This document shows positions 13,101-24,910 of a stretch of DNA of 64,000 nucleotides, piece by piece. Location: positions 13,950,001 through 14,014,000 of the forward strand of contig NW_027266308.1 of the NCBI RefSeq assembly GCF_022045235.1, written 5' to 3'. Source of the DNA: Haliotis cracherodii. Lineage: Eukaryota. Made by a program: the position numbers and the translations under genes. Under the pieces are notes generated by a model, which was not told where the DNA came from, did no database searches, and was given only the letters and a program-made list of their open reading frames with translations. Numbering within the stretch: the first letter of the stretch is position 1; every line of letters starts with the position of its first letter.

Positions 13101-13897
13101 TAGATGGATACCAGCCAAGTCCAAGGCCAAAAAGAAAAAAGAAATATAAATAAAAAGTCACTGTGAGGACACCGGAAGTAAACACATCCGAGGGATAGCT
13201 CCTTACAACGCTGAACACTCTGAACATCGCGTGTATAAACACTAGGAGCGAATCCTTCCAGTCAGCTGATAACGTGAAAAAAACAGAGCATAATTCACAT
13301 TCGCAATTGTTTCCACTGTCATTTAACAGAAATAAAGATGCATTTGATCATATAAGTTATTTATACCCCCATAGAGTCAGATCTTGACTTAAGTTTCCAG
13401 CATCCCTGCACTGGGCGACTGTAGCCACCGAAAAGCTAGCACGGTTTCAGAGTCTGACAATAGATTAAAGGGGAAAGCGTTCTTCTAGCTCGATATTATG
13501 CCACCGAGAGTCCTTGTCATATCGATACTGTAGCATCACATCACCGCCTTTCTCGAATATCCGGGTTTGGACTTTGTGAGTTTCTCGTAGATTTTTTCCT
13601 TTTGCTACAAGTTTGCTCCTCAGTTTCTTCAGTTTTACGGGTAGATCCGATCTTATTGATTTCTTCTGATCTCTGAGCACAATGGAGTGTTTGAAGCTTG
13701 CGTAGAATACATTCTGCCTATCTGTCATTCTGACAAACTGATCACTGAAAATTAATGATGACCCCAGGGGTTCGTTCCGCAAAACGATTGCCATCCACAT
13801 CCATATTATAGTTCTTACTCCAATTCAATTTCTTACTAAATATTCAATTTTGAAAATGCCACTTTTCATCTACCTTTTTTATTTCAGAGGTAAATAA
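7134..13897 (+). CDS. Secreted 14-Cys peptide, type A tandem copy 3 (LINE in intron 3; one GGP repeat fewer, 102 aa)
   Basis: Exons 7134-7176, 7674-7802, 8227-8353, 13888-13897; splice sites intact; 9-nt in-frame deletion in exon 3; 4.8-kb antisense LINE in intron 3. Confidence 0.8.
8949..13739 (-). mobile_element. Tx1/L1-clade non-LTR retrotransposon, 5'-truncated in ORF1, ORF2 frameshifted
   Basis: APE endonuclease (SLNCRGL, GGDFN, RLDFFL, TDH) 12945-12022; RT (NWRPITLLN, DFEKAFD, RQGDPLSP, QYADD) 11891-9486; C-terminal CTFC..H; ORF1 C-terminus 13739-13465; A-rich tail at 8949-8980; 10-bp TSD GATCACTGAA at 8939-8948 and 13740-13749; empty site in copies 1 and 2. Confidence 0.95.
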
Positions 13898-14035
13898 ATC
13901 CTGAAAGGAGGAAAACCCATGGAAATTATTCCTACCTTGTTGTATACATACATGTACACATGTGAAATAAACCTACTACTACCATTTACTGGTTTGTTTT
14001 GATGCTGTACATGTTTACTCTTATTGAATTGATGC

Positions 14036-16068
14036 TTCAAGACTTCAAGACTCTTTTATTCTGTAATGAAGGCCTCCAGCCCAGAGTACATGTGTATGTT
14101 ATCAAGTCACAACAATTTTAAATTACAAACAACACTTACAATCATTAAGAAAAGATCTGCTATAATCATCAAAAGTAAGTGAAGCACTCGTAAACTATAT
14201 ATAAAGTTGTCTCCCTTTAACTTCTGAGATAAACCTGCCTTGCCTGCGTGCATTTAACAATATACAGTGCTTAAGATCCTGACAAAGAATTATCTGTCAT
14301 AACTTTCTCAAATTTGTCAAGAGTACAAAGATTACTAGTGTAAATACTTGGCAAAAGCATATTTCTGAATTTGTTATACAAGTAACACGATGTAACAAAA
14401 TGAACTTCATCCTCCACAATTGATACACTCAGATTATCAAAACAATATTTACATACTCTATCCTCTTTAGCAACTCCTCCCCACCGCCCAGTTTCAACAG
14501 CCAGTTTGTGGTTACCACATCTGAATCGACTAAGAACAATTCTTAAATTTTTACTCTTCATATTGTGCAAATACCTTTCAGGATCCAACACTGATTTGAT
14601 AATGGAATAATTATTAAGCTTACTTGTTTCACTTATAGATAGTGCCCATGTTTGTTTCCAACAATCCTGCAACCTTTCCCTACAAATTCTAAGGAAATGG
14701 GTTATGTCACCAACACCCTGTTCAAACCAAACTAGACCAAATCCAAGTATGTTCAACAGATATTTTATTCTAGTTGCCAATGTGGCTCTACCAGCCCCAT
14801 CTAACTGATATAACATCAGATAGCAAGCCTTAGGATACCTATTTGTGGACATGTTTAATATTTTCAGCCAATACTTAATTGAATTGAACATGGTTGTTAC
14901 ATGTAATGGATACAAGACTGCTGCTGGAGTGTTTGAATTAACATGGAGAACTTTTCTAAGAAATTTGCAGTGCACATTTTCTATAACTTGGACACTTTCA
15001 AATCCCCAAACACATGATGCATAACATAAGACTGGAGAAACCATCCTATCAAATAGAAACAAGGACTCTTTAATGTTAAGCTTAGACTTTTTCAAGAATC
15101 CAAACAAAATATACAGAGCTTTTTCTCCTTGTTGTGCCAGGGTACTTCTTGCCAAAATCCATGAGAGCTTAGGAATGAAAAACAAACCAAGATACTTATA
15201 AGCGGATACTGCTTCCAGAAGAATACCATCATAATACCACTTTTCCTTTTTTGTTACTATACCACCTCTTCGGAATACCATGACTTTCGTTTTCTCCAAA
15301 TTAACCCTCATCCCATACTGACTGCAAAATCCTGCTAGACAATCTATCTGGTGATGTAACCTTCTAACAGAATCTCCAACATTAGCAATATTATCTGCAA
15401 ACATTATCAAAGTGATGTTTTCAGCATACTCATTGACAAAAATACCCTTGCAATCATTAAACCTGTAATTATCTACTACCTCATTCAAAAACAGAGTGAA
15501 TAACAGTGGGCTTATCATACACCCTTGCCTGGTTCCTATTGTACACTCAAAGAACTCAGACAGTGAGGACTTGTTAACTAGAACACATGATTTTAGCTGA
15601 CTATACAGAGATGAGATAACTGTGAAAAATTTACCTTTTACACCTTTTTGTAAAAGTACATATTTCAATAAATGGTGCTGGACGCTGTCGAATTCCTTCG
15701 AAAAGTCTATGAATAAACAATAGCAGGGCCCTTTTGACTTGGAGAGGTATTTCTGAATAACTGATTGTAATACAAATATATTGTCTATGGTGCTATATCC
15801 ATTTCTGTAGCCAGCTTGTTCCTCATACAGCTTTTCTTTTTCTTCACACCAGCCAACAAGTCTATTACTTAGTATTTTGGTAAAGGCCTTTCCAATTACT
15901 GATAACAAAGATATTCCCCTATAATTATTAGGATCTGTTTTTTCACCTTTTTTATGAATAGGAAATATCATTGCCTCTGTCCATTGTGATGGGTAAACTC
16001 CAACAGATAATATCTTGTTATATAACCTGTGGATATATGGTAAAAGTATATGAGATACACTTTTTAAA
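14036..16068 (-). mobile_element. 5'-truncated LINE (RTE-X/CR1-L2-like RT)
   Basis: ORF 15971-14271 with NYRGISLL, DFSKEFD, RQGCMISP, FADN (degenerate ADD) and C-terminal CKYC..EDEVHF..C; short tandem tail (CTTCAAGA)x2 at 14036. Clade assignment tentative. Confidence 0.9.
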
Positions 16069-16071
16069 TGT

Positions 16072-19000
16072 CCATCTACCTAAACAGATTTCATTGGGCA
16101 TAAAAGGCAAAATTGCAGTGAAAATTATATGAATGGATCATTAAAAATCAGTGAAGACACCAGGGGTTCGTTCCGCAAAACGATTGCCATCCACATCCAT
16201 ATTATAGTTCTTACTCCAATTCAATCCTGTGGTTATTCCGTGTTTCTAGCCTATCCTCGTCAGATCAAGATACAATGTTTGGATCTGGATTGGTTAGATA
16301 TACGTGACGTCGATTTTCATACAGTCGCGACCCTCAAAGGGACTACATGAATTGGGTGGACAGGCCCGGTGGCTTAGTTGATTGATCAATCGATGATCTG
16401 TCTGCTTCATACTCGACACATGCCCAAATGGTGTAAGTAAACCTTCGATTGGTTGGTTGGTTTGTTGTTTAACGCCTCACTCAGCATTATACCAGGTGTA
16501 TGACGGCGGTCTGTAAATAATCGAGTCTGGACCAGACAATCCAGTGATTAACATCATGAGCATCAATCCACGCATTTGGGATCGATGACCTGCATCAAGT
16601 CAGCAAGCCTGACCACCCGATCCCGTTAGTCGCCTTTTACGACAAGCATAGTCACCTTTTTACGGCAAGCATGGTTTGCTGAAGACCCCGGAATCTTCAC
16701 GGGACTGTAAACCTAAGTGACAACATTGCTGGGATACAAAAGATCGATTTCATAATCCTTGGCGTTTCGAAAATATTGTAAATAAAAGCGACACAGGACA
16801 ATTCCTTAATCAATGGAAATCTATATTTAAAGTTTTCAACTAAATCATAAGGATGTGTTTACGAGTGATGATAGTGCAGCCGTTTCGTGAAAAATTGTGT
16901 ACTTTGTAAATTCAAATTCGTTCGTGAATATAACAGGTTCTTTAATAAAATACACGTTTATCAAAGGACAGGTTACCTTCCTGTTTTGCAGTGTTTGTTA
17001 TCTGTCGCAGGAAAAAATTCCGATGTTCCAGTGCAATGATAAGTATTTGACTTAAACCTTATAGAATATTAATCAGCAAATGGGATTTATTGAAACAAAG
17101 GTACTCATTTCCTGTGGAATTCCTGTTTGGTGAGGGAATGATTGAGTGAGTTAGTTCTTTTCCTCAATTTCCAAGTAGTGGAGACACCAGATAGCTTCAC
17201 ACTTTTTTTACCATATGGGGAATCGAACCTGAGCCTTTGGTGTGACGAGCGATCACAAGATTACGAAATTTATTCATATTGTTTTACTTTTTAGGGTGTA
17301 TGATATACAATGTGGATGAATTGTACTTATTCATACTTCTAAAATCTTCATGGCTGTTCAGATTTAACTCCGCTTTGTCAGCTGACGTCATACCCGGGCG
17401 TGTATACACTAACAGAAAAAGACCAGTGAAGATCCGGGGTAGAATAGGTCTTCAACCCATGCTTGATGCAAAATGCGACTGTGCTTGTCGAAAGAGGCGA
17501 CTAACAGGATTGGGTGGCCAGGCTCGCTGACTTGGTTGATGCATGTCATCGATCTCAATTGCGTAGATCGATCCTCATGATGACAATCACTAGATTGTCT
17601 GGTCCAGACTCGATTATTTACAGACCGCCGTCATATATCTGGAATATTGCTGAGTGCGGCGTTTAACAAAAAACAAACAAAAAACAACAAAAAACAATGC
17701 ACATAAGTATTCTGAATGTATGTTACTTACTCTAAGACGGCCTCACACTGGCAACATTACTTCGCTAACATAAACTCCTTAATGTTTGCCAACTAATGTT
17801 TTCACACGTTTCATAACGGGTATGAATATAGTTTTCCAGCAATCTTAGGTTGTCGTAAGAAGCGTTTAAACGCACCAGGTGGCCAGGTTTGAGAATGTGG
17901 ATGACTTCATGTCATCGTATCCCAATTGCCGGGATTGATGCTCATGATGTCAGTCACCGGATTGTCTAGACCAGACTCAATTATTTACAGAGCTATTAGT
18001 CCATATAGTGCGGTATCAAACACACATGCAAACACTTCTCTTAAATGCCGACGCCATTTTGTAGCAGACGTCAATACAAATCGGTAAATGTGAAGTCCCT
18101 TTACATAATTGTTTTAAAGAGACGGTAAGGCAGGACCGGCAGTAAATGAGACACACGTGAGATATTAAACACAAGTGAGATATTAAACACAAATGAGGTG
18201 TTAAACACAAATGAGATGTTAAACACAAATGAGATATTAATCACAAATGGGATGTTAAACACAGAGAACATGTTAGACACAAATGAGATGTTAAACACAA
18301 ATAAGATGTTAATCACAAATGAGATATTAATCACAAATGAGATATTAAACACAAATGAGATGTTAAACACAAATAAGATGTTAATCACAAATGAGATGTT
18401 AATCACAAATGAGATATTAAACACAAATGAGATATTAAACACAAAGACGATGTTAATCACTATACCTGGATGGGTTCAACAGCTGGACACCAGGCACGTA
18501 CAGGTTCCCCTCACACAAGCCAAGGTCGAGAGGGCGTCGCAGCTTTCATGCCTGCAGGTACAAAAAACGTTAATCATACCGCCATGTCAGAATGATGAGA
18601 TCTGATTGGTTCACGTGATAGTGATAACATAATATGTATCCCACCTTGGAGGGAACCAATTTCTTTATCGGGGGAATAAATCCCTCATATCCCGCCACGA
18701 ACAAGACAAGACATGTTGATTTCTGAGAGGAGGAATAAATTCCGTATACCTCGCTATTTCCGAATATGACAGTGTATTTATTGTTCAACAATGATTGTAA
18801 ATGTTTGACATTGTTTCTGTTGAGATTCCGTAGACGCTCCTTGCATTGTGTTTAGACAGTGATCAGTTGTCAGGAAGTTAGATGCCAGTGTGGTGTGTAA
18901 ACTGCTAGTCCGGTATACCCTGGACGGTGAGATAGTATATGTTATGGAAATATACTTTTCATGCAATTTAATCATATCGGAACCAGCTTCCAAGTGAGGA

Positions 19001-19245
19001 TCGCTCATCATCCTAACCCATAATGGAAGCTTGACCACCGTCACTGCTGGGTATATATATTACCACTGACTAGTGCTATCACTACTGTATTTTTTCATTT
19101 GATACTGACCACTGCCATCATATTATATACTGTCACTGAGTATTGTACTACCGCGCTATTATGTACCGCCAATGTAATTGCTGTGAAGTAATTGTTTTGA
19201 TTTGTAAACCTAGTTTATGTTGTAGTACATTTGTTGATTGTATTC
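16072..19245. pseudogene. Duplicated block of gene A 3' region plus genes D and E, with exons deleted
   Basis: Colinear with ~24614-32930 but with deletion junctions at ~16225, 16906, 17348, 17390, 18559, 18962; residual half exon 2 of gene E at 18464-18559 (minus strand: CRHESCDALSTLACVRGTCTCLVSSC*THP). Confidence 0.85.
18145..18460. repeat. 18-bp minisatellite (aaacacaaatgagatgtt)n
   Basis: Direct tandem repeats; paralogous to 31685-32015. Confidence 0.95.
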
Positions 19246-19248
19246 CGC

Positions 19249-20910
19249 AATGGTGCTTAACCATTGTTATACTATTGTATCAGTACAGTGCCCGTATAGT
19301 CACCCCTATTGACCATGATGTCTTGTACCACCCAGGGAACCCGCGTTAGCCCCGCTCGCTATAACCGTAGTTCGTTATAATCATATATACAGCATATATA
19401 TAGCAAATGTTTGGACAAAAAATAAGTTCGTTATATCCGTCAGTTCGTTATAAGCGTGTTCGTTATAAACGTATAGTTATACAGTATTATATTAATAGCA
19501 ATGGTGCTTAACCATTGTTATACTATTGTATCAGTACAGTGCCCGTATAGTCACCCCTATTGACCATGATGTCTTGTACCACCCAGGGAACATTCAGTTT
19601 GCGAAAACAGTATGAGGAATTTGGTAAACCGTTGGCAATGAATATCCAACTAATATTTCGGCCGACAATGTTGTGTTTCAAACTCGATTTTGACATGTGA
19701 ATGGTTTTCAAACGTATGTTGGTTGCTTTCAGTCAATCAGATACTGCGTAGTATTCATATGGCTTTTACGCTACAAAATGGCGTCAACCTTTGAAAGGAA
19801 TGAAGAGGGACTATGTAACAACAACACGCCTTTGTAGTGTGAAAATACAAGTTGGCAATATGTCTTCTTCTGTTGTCCGCGTGAAGCCGCCTATACACTA
19901 AAGTCACATTGCAAGTTGTAGAGGATCACGAGGGATTTATTCTGCCTCTCAGAAATCCACATGCAGCCTGTTTTGTTCTTGGCGGGGTATAAGATATTTA
20001 TTCCCGGCTTAGAAAGTTATTACCCCGCAAGGTGGGTTACACAGTATTTTATCAAGATCACGTGGACCAATCACATCCTCATCACTCTGACATGGAGGTA
20101 TGAAAAGTGGTTTTATGCGTCCCGCGTTAGCCCCGCTCGCTATAACCGTAGTTCGTTATAATCATATATACAGCATATATATAGCAAATGTTTGGACAAA
20201 AAATAAGTTCGTTATATCCGTCAGTTCGTTATAAGCGTGTTCGTTATAAACGTATAGTTATACAGTATTATATTAATAGCAATGGTGCTTAACCATTGTT
20301 ATACTATTGTATCAGTACAGTGCCCGTATAGTCACCCCTATTGACCATGATGTCTTGTACCACCCAGGGAACCCGCGTTAGCCCCGCTCGCTATAACCGT
20401 AGTTCGTTATAATCATAATTATAATTTTACAAGTTGGCAATATGTCTTCTTCTGTTGTCCGCGTGAAGCCGCCTATACACTAAAGTCACATTGCAAGTTG
20501 TAGTGGATCACGAGGGATTTATTCTGCCTCTCAGAAATCCACATGCAGCCTGTTTTGTTCTTGGCGGGGTATAAGATATTTATTCCCGGCTTAGAAAGTT
20601 ATTACCCCGCAAGGTGGGTTACACAGTATTTTATCAAGATCACGTGGACCAATCACATCCTCATCACTCTGACATGGAGGTATGAAAAGTGGTTTTATGC
20701 GTCCCGCGTTAGCCCCGCTCGCTATAACCGTAGTTCGTTATAATCATATATACAGCATATATATAGCAAATGTTTGGACAAAAAATAAGTTCGTTATATC
20801 CGTCAGTTCGTTATAAGCGTGTTCGTTATAAACGTATAGTTATACAGTATTATATTAATAGCAATGGTGCTTAACCATTGTTATACTATTGTATCAGTAC
20901 AGTGCCCGTA
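19249..20910. repeat. Complex local multiplication of an inverted segment (reverse complement of ~33200-33930)
   Basis: Near-identical blocks repeated 2-4 times (e.g. 19341/20121/20372/20703 cccgcgttagccccgctcgctataaccg; identical ORFs at 19961 and 20543). Confidence 0.9.
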
Positions 20911-21804
20911 TTAGCTGCTTTTTTTCACATTTTTCAAAAGACTATTTTCAGTAGGACTCTCAAGCCCCTCACTACAATGTGCGTGACTTAAGCTATAGAA
21001 GGCTCTAATGACTGGTAACACTGTATCGCTCTGTTGGACAATAGATAAAAGATTAAAAGCACAATGCAGGTGCGAAATAGGTAATACCTTGCTCATACTC
21101 ATAATAGTCCTCTACAAGATTTTTTAGAAAAATGCAAATCATCAACAACGCCATCATGACTGAAATACTCAACTGACAGGTCTTGATTCCACTGGGATGA
21201 GCCTCCGGCTGCAAAACTGGACATTCTCTGGGCTGACACATTGTTTTGGGGACAGTCTCTTCTGAAGTGACTAAAATCACCCCACGTGAAGCATGCTCCT
21301 GTCTTCTGACCTTTTGCACGAAAAGGCTGGTTTGTGATTGGTTGAATATGTTGCACAGAAGAGGCAGGAAGAAAGGACCTTGCACGGGCCGGGTAAAGGT
21401 TGCTTATCGCCCCGATGACTTACTTAGATACGGCGTTTGGCGTGAGCGTTTCTGACGAATATTCTTTTCAAGCTAGCAGTTTCTTAATTCTTTAGCGATC
21501 TGACTGAATTCTTCCCTCAACGCTCCGCTGCAGTCATTAAGAGACAATTCAAACTGTGCTTTGTCATTATCTAATTGTTGAAGAATAGCATCAAGTTTAG
21601 CGTCGGTATTCATGACTAAAATAATCTGATGGTCGTGCTTGCACTTAGAGCGAGAATAAACAATTTAAATCTTGACACCCCTTAAGTACCCCAGTTTAAC
21701 GCCACATAGCGGGGCGGATTACTCATTTACATCAACGCCACACACCATTAGGAGAAAGTAATTTCCTTCTAATTCACCCTTCAAACGAGAGAAATAATAT
21801 TTCT
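20911..21804 (-). mobile_element. Fragment of DIRS-order element (A repeat, gag zinc knuckle, start of YR); duplicate of ~58448-59305
   Basis: GACFTWGDFSHFRRDCP knuckle; same terminal junction aataatatttct|actc as at 59305. Confidence 0.85.
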
Positions 21805-22310
21805 ACTCCATACTAGTGTATAAATTCACGATGTATAATTGACGGTATTATTGTATAAAGGGGCACCAGTATTATATATCACGATCGGAGCTAAATAATC
21901 GATTGTGGACCAGACAATGGTGATTGACATCACAAGAATCGATCCACGGAATATTCGAAACGATGACATGCAATCAGCCAAGTCACCGAGCCTCACCTCG
22001 CGATCCATTTAATCACCTTTTATGACACGGTTATGTTTCTGGGACCTGGAATCTCCACACGTCAGATTGCCTCTGTTAATAAAAGAGAGAAAGGCAATGG
22101 TGCTAGCTGATCCTTGGTGCAATAGCTATTCTTTTCTACTGTGATCTATATTGATTGGAGTGTGATCAACTGCAACAATTCTGGACCAAATGTTTCACAA
22201 ATGTCAACACATGACATAACATCCAAACAGGATTAATACGAAAAGATCACTTATGAAGATTATTATAATATAATTTATTCACTAGATATTTGAAACATGA
22301 TTCTAATATA

Positions 22311-23395
22311 CGGGGGCTGGTCCAAAAGTTTGAAACCTGACAAACAAAACCAACAATTATGAAAGTGTTTTTTTATAACATACACTTTTCATATCAGGCA
22401 ACTCATATGTCAGGAAGGAGTCTTCTGATGCCACCCTAAAAAAACCCATTCACGACAGGTCTTCGTTGTCGTCATAGCGCTTTAAAAAAAGGTGTTGTTT
22501 CAGTTTAGGATACAGGTAGAAATCACTTGGTGCCAGGTCTGGCGAGTATGGAGGGTGAGGAAGCTCTTCGAACCCGCATTGTCTCAATGTCGAGAGATGT
22601 TAGAAGAGGCATTCTCATGAAGTAATAGAACTCCAGCAGTCAGCATTTCTCGCCGCTTTTCTTTGAAAGAATCTCTCAGGCAATGACGCATTTCAGCATT
22701 GTGGACACCGGTAACCTTCTTTTGACCTTCTTAGTAATCAAACAAGGATCACACCTTTTGCATCGAAGAATACAGTAGCCATAACTTTCTTAACTGATCT
22801 TGAAGACTTGAATTTCTTTGGTGCTGGAGAAGTGGAATAGTGCCATTCCATGTATTGACGTTTTGACTCGGGATCATAGTGGTAGACCCATGTTTTATCA
22901 CCCGTTACTAATATCTTTTGGAATTTGACGAATTCCTTTTCAATTAGCTCTAATTTTTTTCTGGCAATGTCAGTTTCTTTAGAATTTATAAACTTTGGCA
23001 CCCAACGAGCAGATATCTTATTCATCTGTAAATGTTCATAAATAATAGGTCCATTGGATCCATGGCTTAGACTTGTGTCTTCCTCAAGTTCAGCAAAGGT
23101 AATACGTCTATCTGACAGTATAAGTTTGTGTATCTCCTTGATTGAATCATCATTGATGGAAATTGAGGGACGTCCAGATTTAGGGTCATCATCAAGGCTT
23201 GTTCTCCCAGCCTTAAACATAGCTGCCCAACGTTCAACAGTGTAATGGCGAGGGCACTTATCCCCACAAATGGCCTCAACAGACCATATCCACTTGCAAT
23301 GAACAACTCAAACAATGTACTACATTGACTAGTTCACTTTCGTATGGCCCACATTTAAAAGTTTGTCAGGTTTAGAACTTTTTGACAAGCCTTCG
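22311..23395 (-). mobile_element. Mariner transposon, degenerate (duplicate of 59583-60809)
   Basis: TIRs cgggggctggtccaaaagtttgaaacctgacaaac / gtttgtcaggtttagaactttttgacaagccttcg with flanking TA; WVPK, VTGDKTWVYHYDPE and SPDLAPSDF-type motifs. Confidence 0.92.
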
Positions 23396-23635
23396 TATAT
23401 GAAAATGATTTATAGCCACTTTGAAAGTTAGATGACAAATGAGAACACACGATATAGAGAACTTTATTGATGAAACACTTCATTCTTGATCATGTAAACG
23501 TTTTAGTTCAGGGCATTTTGTAAAAAATGAAAGCAAATGTTATCTGAAGTTAACTGGGAACAACAATATGTGAATGCTGGATTTCATGACAGATAACTTC
23601 TTTGTGAAATGTGGGGATAAGATATTGGGGCATAA

Positions 23636-24075
23636 AGTAGGCGTCCCCACATCTACCAATTGTGCTCTTCCCCTCATTGTTGATTTGTTTCTCTATGAGC
23701 GTTTGAAGGATTCCTGCTCGGCTCAGCAACATTAAAACAGAGGAATTTAACCAAGAAGTTTAACATATGCTTCAGGAATATCGAAGATCTGATACAGTTC
23801 AATAATGATCAAAGAGCCACATCTCTTCCACTGATTTTCCCACCTGTACTACAAATAAAAGGTACCAGTGAAACAGTCTCATCTGTTTCATATGTAGATT
23901 TAAAGTGACCCAAAACGATCCGTAAGACTGTATGACAAGAGGGATCCAATAGTCAACTTTCCGTTTCTGTCGAGCAATATTCCACCAACTCCAGCCCATG
24001 TCTACATTTCACAAATTTTGAGATCAAGCATGTTCTTTCTATGACGCTTTTTAAAGAGCGTCAAATTGCGCTTGC
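23636..24075 (+). mobile_element. Penelope-like RT relic (paralogs ~51695-52200, ~61050-61560)
   Basis: Decayed GIP..TNCA..LIVDLFLY, FN..FR.I.DL..FNN, LYDKR, VNFPFLSSNIP motifs typical of Penelope-like RTs. Confidence 0.7.
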
Positions 24076-24327
24076 GTAGCATCCACCACACTTTACAAAA
24101 AAAGTATGTATTTGTTGCCTGACACTGCATAGCAATTCCCCTGTCATGCAAAGCGTCATGTAAACAAATCAGACTATCAAGTGAAGGTCAGAAATCCAGT
24201 CACACGATAGAGCATTTGCTGATTTTGTTGAAACTGAAAACAATATGTTATTATATTGTTGAAAAATCTTGAATAAAATTCAAAAACAGGAAGCAACAAT
24301 TTCATGTATGCTTTAACATGGACTGAA

Positions 24328-24910
24328 TATTAGGAATATGATTTTAGTCGTGCATTTGTTTGTTAAACATACACAGTCGTCTTTGTATGGCATGCATATT
24401 TGTCCCCTCTCATTTCAGTGGTAATACTTAAATCATTCGACATAATAGTAACACTATATCAGTCCTGTTTGTTTGTTTGTTCGTTGTTTAACGCCGCACT
24501 CAGCAATAGTTCAGCTATACGACGGCGGTTTATAGCAGTCCTATGCTATGTGTTTGGATATATGGTAAATAATGTAAATGTAAAACGTCGACGTTTAGCA
24601 ATCAGTGACGATCATCTACCTAAACAGATTTCATTGGGCGTAAAAGGCAAAATTGCAGTGAAAATTATATGAATGGATCACTGAAAATTAATGATGACCC
24701 CAGGGGTTCGTTCCGCAAAACGATTGCCATCCACATCCATATTATAGTTCTTACTCCAATTCAGTTTCTTACTAAATATTCAAGTTCAAATGCCACTTTT
24801 CATCTACCTGATGAATTTCAGAGGTAAATAAATCCTGAAAGGAGGAAAACCCATGGAAATTATTCCTACCTTGTTGGATACATACATGTACACATGTGAA
24901 ATAAACCTAC
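24328..24910 (+). pseudogene. Type A gene remnant: intron 3, exon 4 and 3' UTR only (promoter and exons 1-3 deleted)
   Basis: At ~24328 sequence matching far-upstream DNA (62660 ggactgaa) joins directly to intron 3 (1515 tattaggaatatg); exon 4 tttcag|AGGTAAATAA at 24822-24831. Confidence 0.85.

Larger units (their letters stand above)
1..14035 (+). repeat. Head-to-tail tandem array of a ~3.54-kb gene-containing unit (window starts inside the array)
   Basis: The same ORFs recur at 396/3936/7480 (periods 3540 and 3544); units differ by only a few SNPs and microsatellite length. Confidence 0.97.

Noticed and set aside
13750-16225. Giant (~360-bp) target-site duplication around the 14-16 kb LINE
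   Set aside because: The right-hand copy is clearly more diverged and belongs to the older shadow block; this is a block junction.
18016-18605. Repetitive ORFs (MLNTNE.., FVFNIS..), also 31514-32013 and 30142-30871
   Set aside because: Translations of intronic mini- and microsatellites; only the embedded Cys-rich exon parts are credible.
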